Of a DNA stretch of 35,576 nucleotides, positions 35,205 through 35,576 are shown one piece after another. The number at the start of each line of letters is the position of its first letter. The first letter of the stretch is position 1. Source of the DNA: a virus (taxonomy: Duplodnaviria; Caudoviricetes); IMG/VR virus record IMGVR_UViG_3300044785_000013, positions 1-35,576 of that record; one strand, written 5' to 3'. The notes beneath the pieces are model-generated. The model searched no databases. It was not told the origin of the DNA and was given only the letters and a program-made list of their open reading frames with translations. The translations under genes were made by a program, and so were the position numbers.

Positions 35205-35512
35205 CCCCCCAGGACCCCGGGATCCCCCCAGGACGTCCCGGGGTCCCGGCGACCGTTGATTTATAAGGCTTTTTTACTACTTTATTTTTAATGCCAGTAT
35301 ATATCACATATTAGCCCCTACCTCCTATCTATGTACAACCAGCCCCGTACAACCAGCCCCGTACAACCAGCCCCGTACAACCAGCCACCCATGTGGCCGC
35401 CAGCCGGTTAAGTGGCCGCGCTGGTTTTTTCCGTTGTTACGTGGAAAAATCCTTATAAATCAACGGCAATCAGGACCCCCGAATGTCCTGGGGTGTCCCG
35501 GGGGTCCGGGGG
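35205..35512. repeat. Imperfect ~68-bp inverted repeats flanking an AT-rich patch and tandem repeats (putative origin or terminus region)
   Basis: Arms at 35205-35275 and 35445-35512 share a perfect core CCGTTGATTTATAAGG / CCTTATAAATCAACGG. Confidence 0.85.
35333..35386 (+). repeat. 14-bp tandem repeat GTACAACCAGCCCC x3.9 (iteron-like)
   Basis: Copies at 35333, 35347, 35361 and a partial copy at 35375. Confidence 0.95.
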
Positions 35513-35576
35513 TGTGTTACACATGAATGGTGCTGTTTGACCCTCAAATGGCCCGGTTCGTGCTGGTGTCACACAG

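Noticed and set aside
35179-35307. Extended TerS start at 35307 (and likewise the extended TerL start at 34643)
   Set aside because: The extensions translate repeat or low-complexity DNA; family-like sequence starts at 35178 and 34517.
35333-35386. Mini-CRISPR array
   Set aside because: Contiguous 14-bp units with no spacers.

Overview
A GC-rich (roughly 60-65% by eye), gene-dense tailed-phage segment, probably most of a podovirus genome. The window starts inside a repeat gene. It has four transcription blocks. (i) 1-2705 (+): small early ORFs, including a Cys-rich hexapeptide-repeat protein that the ORF track missed and a tandem paralog pair. (ii) 2702-8497 (-): NrS-1-like primase-polymerase/helicase, two HNH proteins, an HTH protein, VRR-NUC nuclease and SF2 helicase. 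(iii) 8547-16701 (+): PD-(D/E)XK nuclease, two candidate immune-signal sponges, SSB, family A DNA polymerase, MazG-like and DUF1643 proteins. (iv) 16882-35178 (-): TerS, TerL, portal, scaffold, major capsid, P22-like adaptor and hub, tail fibres, three ejection proteins and a holin-like protein. An inverted-repeat/iteron region sits at the right end. The most unusual signals are: about 25 dispersed copies of a palindromic motif (consensus CTAGGATATCCTAG) that also overlaps the central divergent promoter; a naturally split P22 gp10-like hub gene whose N-terminal ~50 aa is fused to a LamG domain, with a glycosyltransferase-like gene between the two halves; and a hairpin-dense ~180-nt intergenic RNA candidate. 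No integrase, endolysin, reverse transcriptase, tRNA or CRISPR array was recognised. All family assignments come from motif recognition by eye, not from database searches.
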